DNA of 64,000 bases from Albugo candida. Lineage: Eukaryota. A model generated the notes under the pieces. It ran no database searches and was not told the DNA's origin. It saw nothing but the letters and a program-made list of their open reading frames with translations. The DNA lies in assembly GCA_040437565.1 (NCBI GenBank), contig JBDOQK010000069.1:1-64000 (forward strand), given 5' to 3'. Each line of letters opens with the position of its first letter. Positions within the stretch are counted from its first letter, which is position 1. A program made the translations under genes and the position numbers. This document shows positions 9,802 to 24,183 of the stretch, in pieces.

Positions 9802-12800
9802 TTTGTCGTATTTGAGATGTAATTCTTAGTGTCAGTGGTTTCGCAGTATAAAGACAAGCCGACGATGGGTTTCACACATTTTCAGCAAGATCAATTGGGG
9901 AGTGTGGGCAAAGACGCAGCGTTGTGGCTTCAAGACTTTTGGCTTGGTTTCCAACGTCAAGAGCACGAGATGGAGAATTTACAGCTGCATGAAATCAAAT
10001 GAACCACAGGAACTGAAGCCAGTTTCCTCGATATCTTTGGCGGCAATCACAAAAAAGTGTATATTATTTCCAAAGCTGCTGTATACCGCATATCAAATGG
10101 GAGTGATGTTAGGTGAATGAACGGAACAGTATTGTGGCCACACAAACGGGATTTAGTAAAGTGATTCCGCTGCCGTGTCATACGTATTCGCGAAAGTTAG
10201 ATTACTTTGTATTAACGCTGCTTTCTGGCATTGCTCAATTCGCGTACGAGTTGTCGGGTATGTCTGTCTGACTCTGTCCAATCTATTCACACAGCACCTT
10301 GTGCTACAGAGGAACGCATCTCACTTCAATCACTGAGAGGACCAATGCTATTTGGATTATTCGTGAACATTGGCAACTATTAAAGCTCGATCAATTCTTA
10401 TAAAAGCCAAATAGCACGTAACATAAATTCACCGATAACAAAGGTTGATAATGAAAATAATACTTGATATGAACGTAATGTCAAAAAGAGGTCATATTTA
10501 TTTATGAAACATTTTACCATCGTAATGAATGTTGAGAATTTGGCTAAATATTCTACATATAAAAAGCGAATAAAAATAAACAAAATAATGCAATAGCTTC
10601 AATTAACGCAAAGCCTAAAATAGCAGCTCCATGTGGATGATCTACAGGAATTTACTGAACTCCTACATTGGGTCTTTATTCCCAACGAAGTTGTTGGATG
10701 TGAGCAACAGAACGGATACGCAGATAAGATGCGGATAGTTTTTAAAGGCGTAGATTAACTGTTACGTGAACTAAGGACCTAATATAAAGTACTCTCGAAT
10801 TCAAGCTCGCTAGGTCTCTTTGGTTAGAGATCGTCTACAGAGCTCTAATGAATATCTGGAACTGTAGAATGCAAGAAACTAATTCTACTTGATCGTGAAC
10901 TTGATTTTATATTCGCATGAGCTCAGGTGTCACATGATGTACTTTCACTTTCACGATAGACTCGATCAGTGCTTCACATAAACAAAAATATTGAGTAATT
11001 CCAACAAAAATATACAAATTACAGGAACTATTTTTTATCAATAGCTTTGTATGCTAAGAAATCTCTTCGATTACATTTTTTTTCATCTTTATTAACTTTT
11101 ATCGCTTATTATACGTTAGTAAACGTAGAATATTATCATCTATTCAACGTAGAAAAGGTTGAAAAGGTTCTAGGAAGGTTTGATTCATTACAACCTTTGG
11201 CAGCTGGTCTATAACTCTTCACTATAAACTATACCACCGTGTGATGCAGATACTATTGTATTATTATTATCCGAGTTATCACCTCGTTACAAGGTGTATT
11301 GCATGCTAGCTCAAGCCAGCTTTTCATACCTCACGTTAACGTTCCTGTCAATTGTAGACTTACTCGCAATGTGATCTTAGCGGCGAAAGAACGCTCCAAT
11401 CATCAACACGTCGCTTGGGCTTGATACCGCCCGCACTGATGATTATGGCGACTTTTGCTATCGTACGACGCGAGAAGATGGTTGAGCAATCATTCTTACT
11501 CCTTCAGGTCATCTTGTCTATCGGTAAGTCTGTGGTTGAAGCAAGCAGCTCCATTAAAATGATGCTTCGATGCGGTCTAATATGAAGGTGGTCCCAACAC
11601 TATCTTGCGAGCTATTCCGAAGTCTTGGTCAGTGTACAAAGTGCCAGGGGAAAATGTATTTTGATTCCAAAGCAGATCCAGCGACAATTAGATACTTGCG
11701 CTATGACGAATCATTTTAGACACAAGTAGATAACATTGAAGATTTCTTAATTTACTTCGATGTATTTCGAGCTTTCGCAGAGTAAAACTACAGGACAACG
11801 TCACGGCAGCAATATCTCAGTCTTTTGTTTATGCCTTGTCGATAGGATGATCGCACTGCAGGCCAATATGAATATGATCACGGAAACAGCAGAAACGTTT
11901 CCAAAATTTTGCTTTGATCCTAGAGGACTCGTATTGGCCCTGTTTTTGAGTCTTGATTCCGAGAGATGATACTGGTGTATGTGAATTATCATGCTTTAGT
12001 TTTGGTCTTCAATCTCATCATTAGATGTTTGGTAGTTCGGACAATCTTCGTCGATAAATTCCATTGCGACCATGAGCACGATGCCATGCGGTACCTCCTA
12101 TAGTATCTGAGTTTTTTAATGTAACATTGGTCATATTACCTCGATTTGACTCGATAGATAAAGATTTTGGTTTTGTGAAGCTCGAGATCCCCAAAGCTTC
12201 TAAAAAACTATGATAACTACTTACAGACGCTATAACAAAAATTACCAAAGTGGCAGAGATTCGATGCGCGCGATGGTGAAGAAAACGTGGCTCGATTTGA
12301 AAGCAGAAATGAACGAGATATTAATATGGATCCTGCATCACTTCTTCATACAAATACATTGGAAGAGGTTCAAAGTGTCAAAAAAACATATGAGGCATCT
12401 ATATGGAGTCGGAGACGGGATCTGGATCATCAGTGAAGGCTCGCAAATCGATTCCAATGATAAGAATCTTGACGCGAATAATCAATTATAAAGAATCACT
12501 CATATGTCGAACGCAACAGCACCGATGCGACTTAAATGATCAAATCACTGATTCTCATCAGCATTTAGTATCGACTGGTCCTGTTTATATTATACCGAAA
12601 AGAAACATTAATAAGGCAGGTCTGACAATTACACCGTTATCTGTAAGGTGGATTACATAATTTGAAGTATTGTAACAGCTCGGACGCGTGGCAACTGTAG
12701 GATGCCCATATAGCGAGTGTTGGTATTGAATACCGCGCATATCAAATCGCATTGACTAATAAGTCTTCATTACGCAGAATCTTGATGCGGCGTTGGTAAT

Positions 12801-14393
12801 TTGTGTCTTCACCACGACAGCTGTGGATGCACTTTCAAGCTAAAAGTACATATCGCTTCCTGTGATTTATCACGACGGAACAGGGGAAGACCTTGTTAAT
12901 CAACATGTGTACATACATCGTTTTATTTTCTTCGGGGCGAAGCTGTACTATAAGATGTTTATAGTTTGTATGTATCTCTCCACTTTCGATGCTACAAGTA
13001 GCACTCAGATTCTAGAAATCCTTGAGAGCATAGTTATTTGCTCGGAAACTATTGACATCTCTCGAGCTCCGCATTGCATAGAATAAGAAGTGTGATATAA
13101 GATTCAGCTTCAGCTTCATCGACGCCAACACGTGACTTATCCCATTGGTAGCGCTAGTAGTATGTGCAATCAGGGAGTTAGGCGAGTAGCTGCAGGTCCA
13201 GCTAGGAGAGTCGACGCAGGCAGTGCGTGCAAAGCTTCTTCTCATAAAACGCTGCATCCTATTCGTATTCACAAATTGTCACTCTCGATGTCCGAAGCCG
13301 CATAATATGACAAGAATGGCTACATTTCGTTTCTGTGTCAGCTTGCTTGCCGCTATATCTCATGCAAGCCACCAAACTGGATGTAAGATACTCTCGGCTC
13401 CATCAAGAGGTCTTTCTTTCATCAAGAATGCTGTATTTTATGACTTCTCTCTGGTTACTTAGTTTCTCCTCGTGTAATATTCTTCTGGCCTTGTTCATCG
13501 AAAATTGCAACGAGCCATTTGAGGCCACTTTAGCATTTCAACAGTATGGGTAGCATTAGTTCTGCAAATTTATCCATTAAAGTCACCTATGGCGAGAGAA
13601 ATTTGAAGAGTGTCAGAAGTTCACGCTATGCTAAGCAAAGTTGACATTGAATTTTCTTACATGAGACGAAAAGTTTAAAGTGTCATCCGGGTTTCCCATT
13701 TCGGATGGGTGCCTTGTGAACTAAAATACGCATGCACAGGCTTTGCTGAATGATCTTGTTAATTTTCAAGGTATGTTGACTCATGGCGCGCATTGATAGA
13801 CTTTTATCTTACTTTTGGAATAGTAATTTTCGTCTCCTATTGTCGGCCATAATACCTCAGTGGTGAATACTATATCTTTCGGAGAGATGAAAAGTTTTTT
13901 GCTTTCAACAGATAAACTTACAATAAGATGATTAAGGGGGTTTACTCCCCGGTGCTGGTGGGATGGACGTCTTAATGTTCACAGTTTTTTTTTGCACTAT
14001 ATGGCGTCATTAAACATGCTTGGGAGCTGTCGTGGGTTCCCGTCAGTGTTACTTCAGCAGCATCTGTTATGGATGGCATGTGCTGATGTTATCAACCAGC
14101 AAATCTTTCTATAGCGATCCCAACAAACGCACGAGTCGACAGACTAGAATTAGATGGCTTTGAGAACAGTGCAATGGTGGTGGTTGATACCAAAGCATCA
14201 TGACGTAGCATCCGTCTATTGAACACGCTATGGGAGTTGCTTGTTAGGCGACCATTGTCATCGGTGGCACCAAAAGCCATTCTGGGAGAAATTGAGTCGT
14301 CTAATCACTTCTAGAAGATGACAAAAAAATACATTCTAACTAAATCTTTCGACGGAATCAAACAAGAAGAGAATGGTCTGGAGAAAGTAAAAG

Positions 14394-14493
14394 NNNNNNN
14401 NNNNNNNNNNNNNNNNNNNNNNNNNNNNNNNNNNNNNNNNNNNNNNNNNNNNNNNNNNNNNNNNNNNNNNNNNNNNNNNNNNNNNNNNNNNNN
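14394..14493. other. Assembly gap (100 N)
   Basis: Run of N. Confidence 1.
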
Positions 14494-15012
14494 TTTTTTT
14501 TCCTGTGGAGTCTCTGTACGGATTGCTTATGTTAGATACCAGCTGTATTTGTCTTCTTAGTTTATTGAAGCTGGCTCGCTATTCAACGTACAGTACTTTT
14601 TGATGGTCGAATGATGAAGCATTTCGCAGACACCACTTTCCGCTCGATGAGGGAATGTTATACGGTGCTTTGCGTTCACATGCTTTTGAAAGCTCTTCCT
14701 TGGTCTGATTATCGTTTTCGTGAGCATTGCATTGTTAGTTCTTGATGGGATGACAAACCATCAAGAACTAACAATGCAATGCTCACGAAAACGATAATCA
14801 GACCAAGGAAGAGCTTTCAAAAGTATGTGAACGCAAAGCACCGTATAACATTCCCTCATCGAGCGGAAAGTGGTGTCTGCGAAATGCTTCATCATTCGAC
14901 CATCAAAAAGTACTGTACGTTGAATAGCGAGCCAGCTTCAATAAACTAAGAAGACAAATACAGCTGGTATCTAACATAAGCAATCCGTACAGAGACTCCA
15001 CAGGAAAAAAAA
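14494..15012. repeat. Near-perfect inverted repeat (fold-back): 255-bp arms, 9-bp loop
   Basis: 14494-14748 is the reverse complement of 14758-15012 with one mismatch that I found (G14682 / T14824). Loop is GATGACAAA. Confidence 0.97.
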
Positions 15013-18000
15013 CAATCCTCTGATAGGAATTTCAGAGGAGTCTTTCATACTTAATATTAACGAGGAACTTACATAAAAGCTATTGTATAGGATGTCACGC
15101 ACAATTACCAGCTACGAGTTGTCTTCTATAGTTTACTGGGTACCAATCTTGCTCAGCAGCGCTCATATTTGAATCTCATGTACAATTTTCGTGTCCACTT
15201 TATATGTTTGCTGTGATACGCTGAGTTTCATTGCAAACATTTGAGTACTATACCTTTCTGAGTAGCAACTTTTTCATGAATGACCTCTACATAAAATATC
15301 AAAGGCTGATAGAAACTCTTGTGAACTAAATCAATTTTGATCTCTACTATATTTTTTTTCTTGGAACATGTAAATACAGACTTATCGTATATTTCGTGAT
15401 ATGAGCGAGAAATATATCACAATGAGTCGTTCTTAATTGATCTGATTCATTGCAACTGCGCCATACACATGATATCTTGAATATTGGTGCATAAAACTCC
15501 GCAGATTTGGGATCTATTGTGCTTCCATAAATGTTTTATTACAAGCTTTAGGACGAGTACAATTCCGTGACCTATGTATCGTCAAGCTATCACTGACCAT
15601 AATGTACCACACACGCGCCTTACAATATGTAACGTGATCTTGCGATGGAACTCTCGATACAATTACTATTCATATTGATGAATGGAGCTCTGCTATAATG
15701 TAAGAGGATAATCTATCAATCTAAAGGAGATATCGCTCACTAAATGAAAATAGGTTTCATTGTCTATAAATGATAAGACTCCCGGTAATAGGTTTCGGAA
15801 CGTAATAGGACGTGTACTTGATCCTTGGCTATAAGAATCACCATGCATGTCTTTCGGTTTGGAAGGAGGAAGGGCTTTGCGATGAACTTATGTCCTGGGA
15901 ACAGAAATATCATCTTGCGTGATGACTGCTTATGCTCTTGAAGCTTTCATTATTTGGAAACGTCGTGATGAATTCTACACGTCTGCAAATTGAGGAAAGA
16001 AAGGTAGCCACAGAAAGCAATATAAATTAAGATGTGAATAAAGATAGCTTTTATAGCGTCTTGATTGTTAACAAAAGAAAGCGTCTGATTTTCCATCATA
16101 TGCACGAGCTTCTTGATCAACCGACGAGCATGATTATAATCGAAACATCGTTGTGCCATCTAGATAGGATGCGTGTTACATGTGATCAGGAACTAGTCTA
16201 CAAGCTCGTAAAGATTCATGGCTCTACTTTCAATCCTTTCCGAAAATATTACAAATACATGCATCAAGTATCCAGGAACGCCCACCTGGTTCCAAACATT
16301 TCAGCACGTCAGACTACTGTGCAAGCACAAATGGTCGCATACAGAGAAGTGGACAGAAGCCAATCTCTATTAGCAAAAAACACTAAAATACTTTACTCCC
16401 ATGCAATCTCGTCAACACAATGCTTCTCGAGTTATTTAAGGAACTCGCTTTCAAGTATAAGTGTCCCTCCATCAAAGTAAATACCATTTATTCAATAAAA
16501 GAGCTGTTTAGTTCCAATAAGCACTATACTATCATTCCTTGAATTCAAAGCTCAACGTCAAAATTCTCTTCCTTAATTTCTCTATTGTTATCCTCGATAG
16601 ATGATCTCGCTTTCGTGTCTACATCCACTCGAGTGACCTCTGATATCAGAGCTCCACGATAAATCTTCTTCTCGCACCTCGTACGTGAGATAACTCATTT
16701 ATCCATGAAATAAGGAGAGAAAGCGCACAACAACGTCTCCAAATTCATCCTACAAAATATTCTTGACACACATTTGATGACGTAGTGTGTTGTAGGCGAA
16801 GTAGAACCGATGAGGTAATTTGAAAGAAGTGGTATGCTACAAAATTGCTTGACCTGTAGTGGAGGCTCTTGGAAACAGGCGAAAACAATCGGAATGATCT
16901 CAGTCGATGAAATCCTTCAAGTGAATGAGAACGATGCTCTGTCTATGCCGTACACTGAACTAATGAATGTGAAACGGAACTCTCTGGCTGAGCAAGATTG
17001 GGAAAAAACGTCGGGCAGCACTCTCAACCACATGTTTACTTGAAGGGTGTAAGGCTCAACTCTTTTCCGAGATAGTGGCTATTGTGGGAATGCAAATGCC
17101 GTATTTGGAGAACATACACCTTCGCGTACAGCTTTCTGCGAATGATTCTATCGGCCAACTCGCAAACGATTTTGCAGTCGTGCCTCATAGAAGGGTTTTC
17201 AAGCTTCATCGCATGCAACTATTTTGTTCGCGTTGACGATCGTGTCCCTCGCATCCGTGCGCTTGCCACCATTGCTGATATTGATTGCTGTGATGCCAAT
17301 TGATGGTAGGCAAATGAAGTTTCACCGCACGCACAATCGTTGTTGCAAGCTCCTATCCATGTCATTCAAAATTGTCACTGACCTCTACAGGAACAAGGAA
17401 CGACAGCTGTCGCAAATGATGCGATATTATGTGGAGTAAGGTTCGATCCATATTACGGCATCTGTATTTATTGCAGAGATGTACCAGTTCATGCGAGTGG
17501 ATCAGAAATAAGCCTTTTGCAGGAAAAGTCGTCGGGACCGACTGCCTTAATTGGTCGAGGAGCGGGTAATGATTGGTTTGTAAATAATGCATGATAGGGA
17601 AACACTGAGACTCTATTGTAAATACAGCGAACCGGAACACTAAATGGGGCAGATATCCTTTAAGCTCCTCAATTCTGCGTCCAAATTGGTCCCTTCTTGG
17701 AAACGACTTTGTACCATATTTTCATCATGTGATTCCTCCTCTAATTACAGCAAATACCGAACCCACATCTACAAACCTGCTCTTAGCAATCATGACGATT
17801 ACGTTGACAGTATTGTGGACGATATTGTCCTAATCACTCAGTTTCTCGATAGCGGGAAACACGAAGCTCATAAACATACCAGTGCATTGTAACCAAGACG
17901 AATGCCTTCAATATGCTGCACCAGTGCGCATTACATGTCAAAGCATAATATATTCTTACGTTGATCAGTCTACTCAAGTGATCATTTAATTTCTAGGCTT

Positions 18001-20983
18001 TGAGTGGGCCGCGGATTTTCGCCTAGTTAGTTTATTGCCAGTGGCAACAGCTCTAAAAGCCGCATTACATGGGGGCCTTCTTTACGGATTTGGGAAAAAC
18101 GGCCCACAATTCCCACGAAGACGTTTTCATTTTCCTTTTACATTCTTACATTCTTATAAGTCATTGCATTGATTTTTTGTGGACGCAAAAGCATACTTTC
18201 TTAAAGTTCGTGGAGATGTAGCTTATATTATGACGAAATTTCCTTGCATATCGGGAGGGTCTCTGTGGTCATTACTAAGTTTAAACAAGTATTTTCTTGA
18301 ATGCATTGAAGGACGACGAGCACGACACTTGCTAGAAAGTATACAGGATCTGTCGGCTCTCATTATACAAGCGGCCGCCGGTAATATTGACGTCGCGGAT
18401 AAAAATGCCAACCAGGATTTTTTGCCTTTACCATTCGCGCCGTGTAATTAGCAAAAGATGATTCAATCGATTTTGGTGCTGAGTGACTGTCTCGGTGATA
18501 AGAACACTTATTATGAAACGGGTGGATTACGAAACCTGCGTCAGCGTGTATAGAAAATAGTGTTTACCAGCCAGCTTTCGCTGACACGAAGGCGATATGG
18601 CCACTTTGATTGTCTACGTTTCTACTAGAAATAGACGTTACTGAGGTGCCAGACAAACGTGACCGCTTGTTTTATCTATTTAGAACCAACTGCAGAATTG
18701 TATTGATCCGAGTAGTACAACTTACCGGATAGTGTCATTGTATTTTCAGTTATAAAAGATATTTCGATGAGTATGTATGCGCTTCATGCGAGTTCATTTT
18801 GCAGACTTTCCTGGAGTTTCTGTAGATGAGGACGTCACATTAAACGATGGAGCCATGTTATCCATTCATTCAATGACGGCGAAAAATCAAACTCATGCCA
18901 TATTCCTCAAATACAGAAACAAAATTGATGAATATGTTCTCGTTAAAGCTTGGGTGCATTGAAAATGGAGGAACTAGCGAGCTTGGAACGTTCGTGCAGA
19001 TATGCTGAAAATCAGAATAGGGAGAATTGAATTCTGTGTTATAAGATCTATGACATGAAAAATGCGAAAATAAAACCCCTCAGCGCCCGTTCTGTTCACT
19101 TATCGATGTTATTGTCCCGTTCAATCATTTGAATGACAGAAAGCCATAAATTTCTGTAATCTTTTATTATAGCGTAGCTATTTCTCAGAAAAACGTGCAA
19201 TCTGTCGCCCGATAACTGACATTCTGAAAATACAGATGAGGTTCTAGTTTCGAGAGCCTGTGAAATATTCCAGCAAGTCTACAATTAGATCCAGTGCGTT
19301 GAAAGAAAGTGGTGTTCTTAAGACACGCTTACAAAATGCTTCCTCACAGTACCCAGCCTGACTTTTCTTGATGCTTCCTGCTGGCTCTATCGCTTTGCGA
19401 CGTTTTTTACGGTTTTGGTCAAAATGAGTTTTGTGGTGTCACATTATTTTGATGGCATTCAAATTTGTTACTTCGATTCCACTTTATTCTCTACTTCCTA
19501 AATCGACAACGGGAACTACATGTTCACTTTCACAAAAATTCTGCGAATACTCCAGCACGATTCAAAACTCCTGTTGGTAAATTCACAATATTCTTCTTGG
19601 CCGAATTGAACAAAGTGTAACCGAAGTCACTGGTCAATGTTCTTTAGCTTGAGAGAATCTATTACACTTTCATGGATCATTGGAATTCAATCCTTTCTTG
19701 ATGCTTTGATAGAATATGTCAACCATACCATAATTCAATAAGGTTTTTCCTCGATTATATACTTTCATAAATAGAAGGGAACGTAAAAGAACAGCATCAA
19801 ATGAAGTTGAAGGCTTCACTTGTGCGATTCTTTTAACTGATAAGAGTATTTATAAAGACTTTTGATGGATGCTTTGATAAAGAGTCTTTTCTGGTGGAGA
19901 GATCCAGTTGCTGTAACTTGACCAAGGATCGTATAGTGCATGATAATATGGGAATGAAGCACTAGGTTTTAGGCTGCAGCGGGTAAAGTTGTGACGAGTT
20001 CGCAACCATAAAATACTGATGCTTTTCTGGTTGAGAAGTAATAGAATCAAACCACACGTAGCATATCCTGTCTTATATCCACGTGTCGATGGATAAAGGA
20101 TAAGCAGATCTGAGCGTATAAATAGTACGTCAACCTTCTGGTATTCGGGCTGTCCGAAACGATACTAATTAAGATGCTGAAATAGAACTTAACTTCTGTC
20201 CGACGACAGCGATGGCTCGAGGAGATGATGACATTTGATTTCGTGGCTTATCAGCGACAAACCGAAACCACAAATACGGAGGTAAACATTCAGGGGCTAG
20301 GAAAGCTCTGAAGATTCAACTTCTCAGCTCAGAAGACGAGGAATTACTGTGCGGACGTACGTACTAAAGGTCGGTCAAGTTCGTCCCTTAAATGAATTAA
20401 ATTTGAAGATACAAGTGAATATCATAAAATGAAGAAGAAGTGAAAACACAGAGAATCAAAAATAAACAATGCGGCGCATCTCAATGAAGAGGGTGGAAGG
20501 AATAGATTACAAGGTGACATTAGGAAAAGCGAATTTTAGCACAAAAGGAGAAAAAAACAGTGAACAGGATTGCTATGTTCCAGATGGATGACTGAGTTTG
20601 TTCTGATTAGTGAGAAACTGAGTCAGTTGTAATAAAACACGACATAAGAGTTATAAATGCTGCATCTTCTTGAATAGGTGACACTCCAGACATAATATTT
20701 GGGTCACAAAAAAGGTTGTTGTAGAAGATGTGGTATTTGCTACAAGAACGTTCCTAGAAGAAGTATATATACAAGAAGACTATATGTAGCAAAGGGATTG
20801 TCGACTGACGATTAAACGTATTCGCCGCAACTTGTATACCTGAAGAATAATCAACGAGATATGTTGGGCAAGCGTAAGTTCAGCATGCCGCATTGCCGCG
20901 GATGACGTGTTTGATTGGCCGAATTGTAATAATGGCGGAATGAATGCGACGATTGTGTCGTTCTTTCTCAACTAATTTTTTAA

Positions 20984-21795
20984 ATGGCGACACGTGCTGA
21001 TATGGAAGAAGAAAAGCAGTCCGATGTGAATAGTAATTCACTCGATCCTCTATCGTATGAAGGTAATGAGGGGATGCATGAAACAATTGTACCGATCACG
21101 ACCAATGATCAAAGTGAGCGCTCATTGGTCAATGCGTCATATCAGGTTGAAGTAAGAACTGCGAAACATTCTGATAACCTAATTAAGCTGAATTGAAAAT
21201 GTAGATGGAAGAGAACGTATTGTGCGACTATTTTCCAATGCGTCGAGTTCAAGTAACGGATGTATACGATCCCCGTGAATTGCTGAGCTGCATCTTTCAA
21301 TTCTATTGTCGCTTTGGACGAAGTACCAGCGTCAAACAAATTTCCAAAACACTTGGTACATAAAAATCGTATAATAATGCAGCAGCTTCATGTTTGAAAT
21401 GTAGATAGTACAAAGTTTGGCAAGCTGTGCCGGGACTGCCCAAAACTTATGAATGCAAATTTGACGCAGGCGGTAGTTGATATCATATTCATCAAAGCCG
21501 TGAGAAAAACAGAGCACCGCATGAACTACGATAGCTTCTTGGACGCTCTTCGCATGGTTGCGATTAAAAAATATCATCTGATGGTACGTCAGCAAACCCG
21601 TTTCTAGACAAAAATGAAATTCATGAAGGTGTAGCCTGTACATCAATCGCTACCAAGATTGATAGTAAGTCATCTATCACGACTACCGTGTCTTTATGAT
21701 CTCAAAAAGGATGAAAAGGTATGAAGTGCACTCAAATTTTGTTGCTTGCTGATAGCACGTTATTTCAGCTACAAGTAGTCTTCTTCGTTGAATGA
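20984..21795 (+). CDS. Spliced gene encoding a p25-alpha (TPPP, tubulin polymerization-promoting) domain protein, ~202 aa
   Basis: Exons 20984-21151, 21205-21355, 21405-21583, 21635-21718, 21769-21795, joined by GT..AG introns of 53, 49, 51 and 50 bp into one open frame. The frame contains IFQFYCRFG..TLDSTKFGKLCRDCPKLMNANLTQAVVDIIFIKAVRKTEHRMNYDSFLDALRMVAIKKY, typical of p25-alpha. The last exon is uncertain (alternative stop at 21722-21724). Confidence 0.85.
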
Positions 21796-24120
21796 ACATC
21801 TACCAGCGCCATTTTCTTACAATCGATATCGAAGAATAAATTGTGATAAGCGTTTTCTTGACCAAGTAATCACATGAATACATTCTTTATTTTCTATTGC
21901 TGTTGTTTTTGATGAACTGCCAGACAGAGGATATACACAAACACGTATCCATCGACTTTTATAAAAACAGGACACTTGGTTCGCAGCTGTTAATTTGCTT
22001 GCGTGCGTGCTGTCGTACAATCAGTGATGACTAAAAGTCACCAACGAGAACTTTGTACGAGGTAGTAAAAGAATAGCAGAAGGGTCTGAGACACGACTCA
22101 TAAACAGTTCTCTTGTTCAGGTTGTATATTCGACCGCAGTTGTGCCAGGATCTTGGTTCACGTTCAATCGCCTTCGGGTGGCGCCGGTGGTCGTGATTGA
22201 CTTGTGTCAGCATGCGATCACTGTCTTTCCCATTATTCAGGCACGTCTACTTTTCTTGTGAAAAAAGTGGCCTTTCCAAAATACCAAGTATCACCTCAAC
22301 ACAAATCAGTGAAATGTAACTGAGTATGATCATGTTTTCATTGAATTCGTTGCTATAATATGCTACGTGCGTGCTTCCATTCGAAATTTCCCGCACATCT
22401 TTTGTCTGCGCAGTATTGCCAGCGTGATAAAGAGAACATTCTCAATAGGACCCTTCTATTTAGAAGGCAATGCGGAAAAAAGATAGGCATATCATTGACC
22501 TCATTATAAAAAGTGATGATTGCCTAACACCATATTTTCTGACGTAACAATGATACATTGGCTAACATATTTCGATTGTTTGTTTGCATTGGCACTTATC
22601 ATTTACTCACCTTTTACGTACTATATGTATGTGAAATTGGACAGCTCAGACGAAAGATTGTTAGTAGTCGTGCGTCCACTAACTTTCCACATGTATAATA
22701 ATCAGGCTAATCAACCATTGAAACCCAAAGCATTAAAGGGAACAATTTAGGATGTGGTACTTTGAGTTGTAGAACAGGCATTGATATTCTCAAAGCAACC
22801 AATTGTAACGCGTTTGCCTCACTCCTATGATCAAATATTCCATACACGTGTTCGCGATGCGAACCATTTTGATTTCCGCATCTTATTCCATTATTCCATC
22901 ACTGAGTGATCTTCTTACCAATTACCAGCAAGCTGGGCTGAAAAAGCTTGATGGAAGGTCAACGGAATGTCAAACAAGGGCTGATCTTGATGAATAGATA
23001 CCACACGCTTTTTAAGCGGGCATCTCATTGCTCCGAACAATGCGATACAACATATGTTTCATTGAATATGGTTCCATATAGTCAGAGGTACAACTTATGC
23101 GTAGACCTTTAGTAACTAGGGCACCGAACGGAGAAGGCGACTTCCATCAACAGAACCAACAGCAAAGAACCAGTTGTCTTTATACGATACGTGACCACTG
23201 TAACACGTCATGCAATACTTCATTCGCTCCATTGGATAAGATGAAAAACACCGCAGAAAAGAGAGTTAGATCACATAAAAATTCGGACTTATTAGAAAGA
23301 TAGACTTCGGTGAGTACTTGCATCCAAATCGGCACCTACGACAGATACATTAGAGCTTCAATTGCAGTGTATCACGATGAGCTCTGAGGCAAAGGTACAA
23401 AATTTAGATTCCGTCCGATTTTCGAGGTCGTTATGTTATAAATGTATAAACTCGAAATGTTAATACGAGAGCACGCTTATTTGGCTATAGGCAAACGAAT
23501 CCAACTTCTTTTCGAACACCACTTCGCAATTTCGTCAGACCTTTCAATCAGCCCAAAAGCTTTTCTGTTGTCTCAGACATATGCCTCATTTCATTACGTC
23601 CTGCGCTAATCAAACTGAAGCTCTCTAAGAATTTAATCTTTATAATATTTGAGTACAAAAAAACAGACGACATATATGTGCTCGTTTAGTACCCTGGTAA
23701 CCGTCATAACGACGGTAGAGAACTTTAGCGTCCCAACTCCCTAATTTTGTGGTATCTGAATTGCTTCTCTTGACACATACTACTAATAAGTGAACGTGGC
23801 ATTTTCATACTAACGCAAGTAAAATTCAAGTCAAATGATTGGTTTGGAATGCTTGATGCAAGATCGCCATGCCAAGGTGATAATTGTGTTCTTCGCTAAG
23901 AATAGATACGATTACGCCGGAAAGGTTCCTCCATGTCGAGATATTACACTTACTAGCCTCCAAACAATCTGGCCAAGGGCCTACGGCCCAACAGAAAATC
24001 TCATATCCGTCCGCACTAGCGGAGATATACAAGTCTGATCATTTTTTGGACAGGACGACGCTAAATGCAAAGTTTTGACTCAATATTAAGCCAGGAACTG
24101 ATGAGATGGAATAAAGAAAT

Positions 24121-24183
24121 AGGCAGGTGTAAGCGGATGCTAGATTCCAATATTACGGACTCAATGCCGCCGCGGAAACGCTC
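24121..24183 (+). repeat. Dispersed repeat, copy 1 (homologous to 28091-28154)
   Basis: Shared core GCTAGA.TCC.AT..TACGGACTCAATGCC.CCGCG.AAACGCTC. Confidence 0.75.

Noticed and set aside
11595-11630. DFGIARK on the minus strand, resembling a protein kinase DFG motif
   Set aside because: I found no HRD, APE or glycine-loop motifs at the expected spacing.
17800-17840. IVDDIVLI resembling the copia RT YVDD motif
   Set aside because: No flanking RT motifs were recognised.
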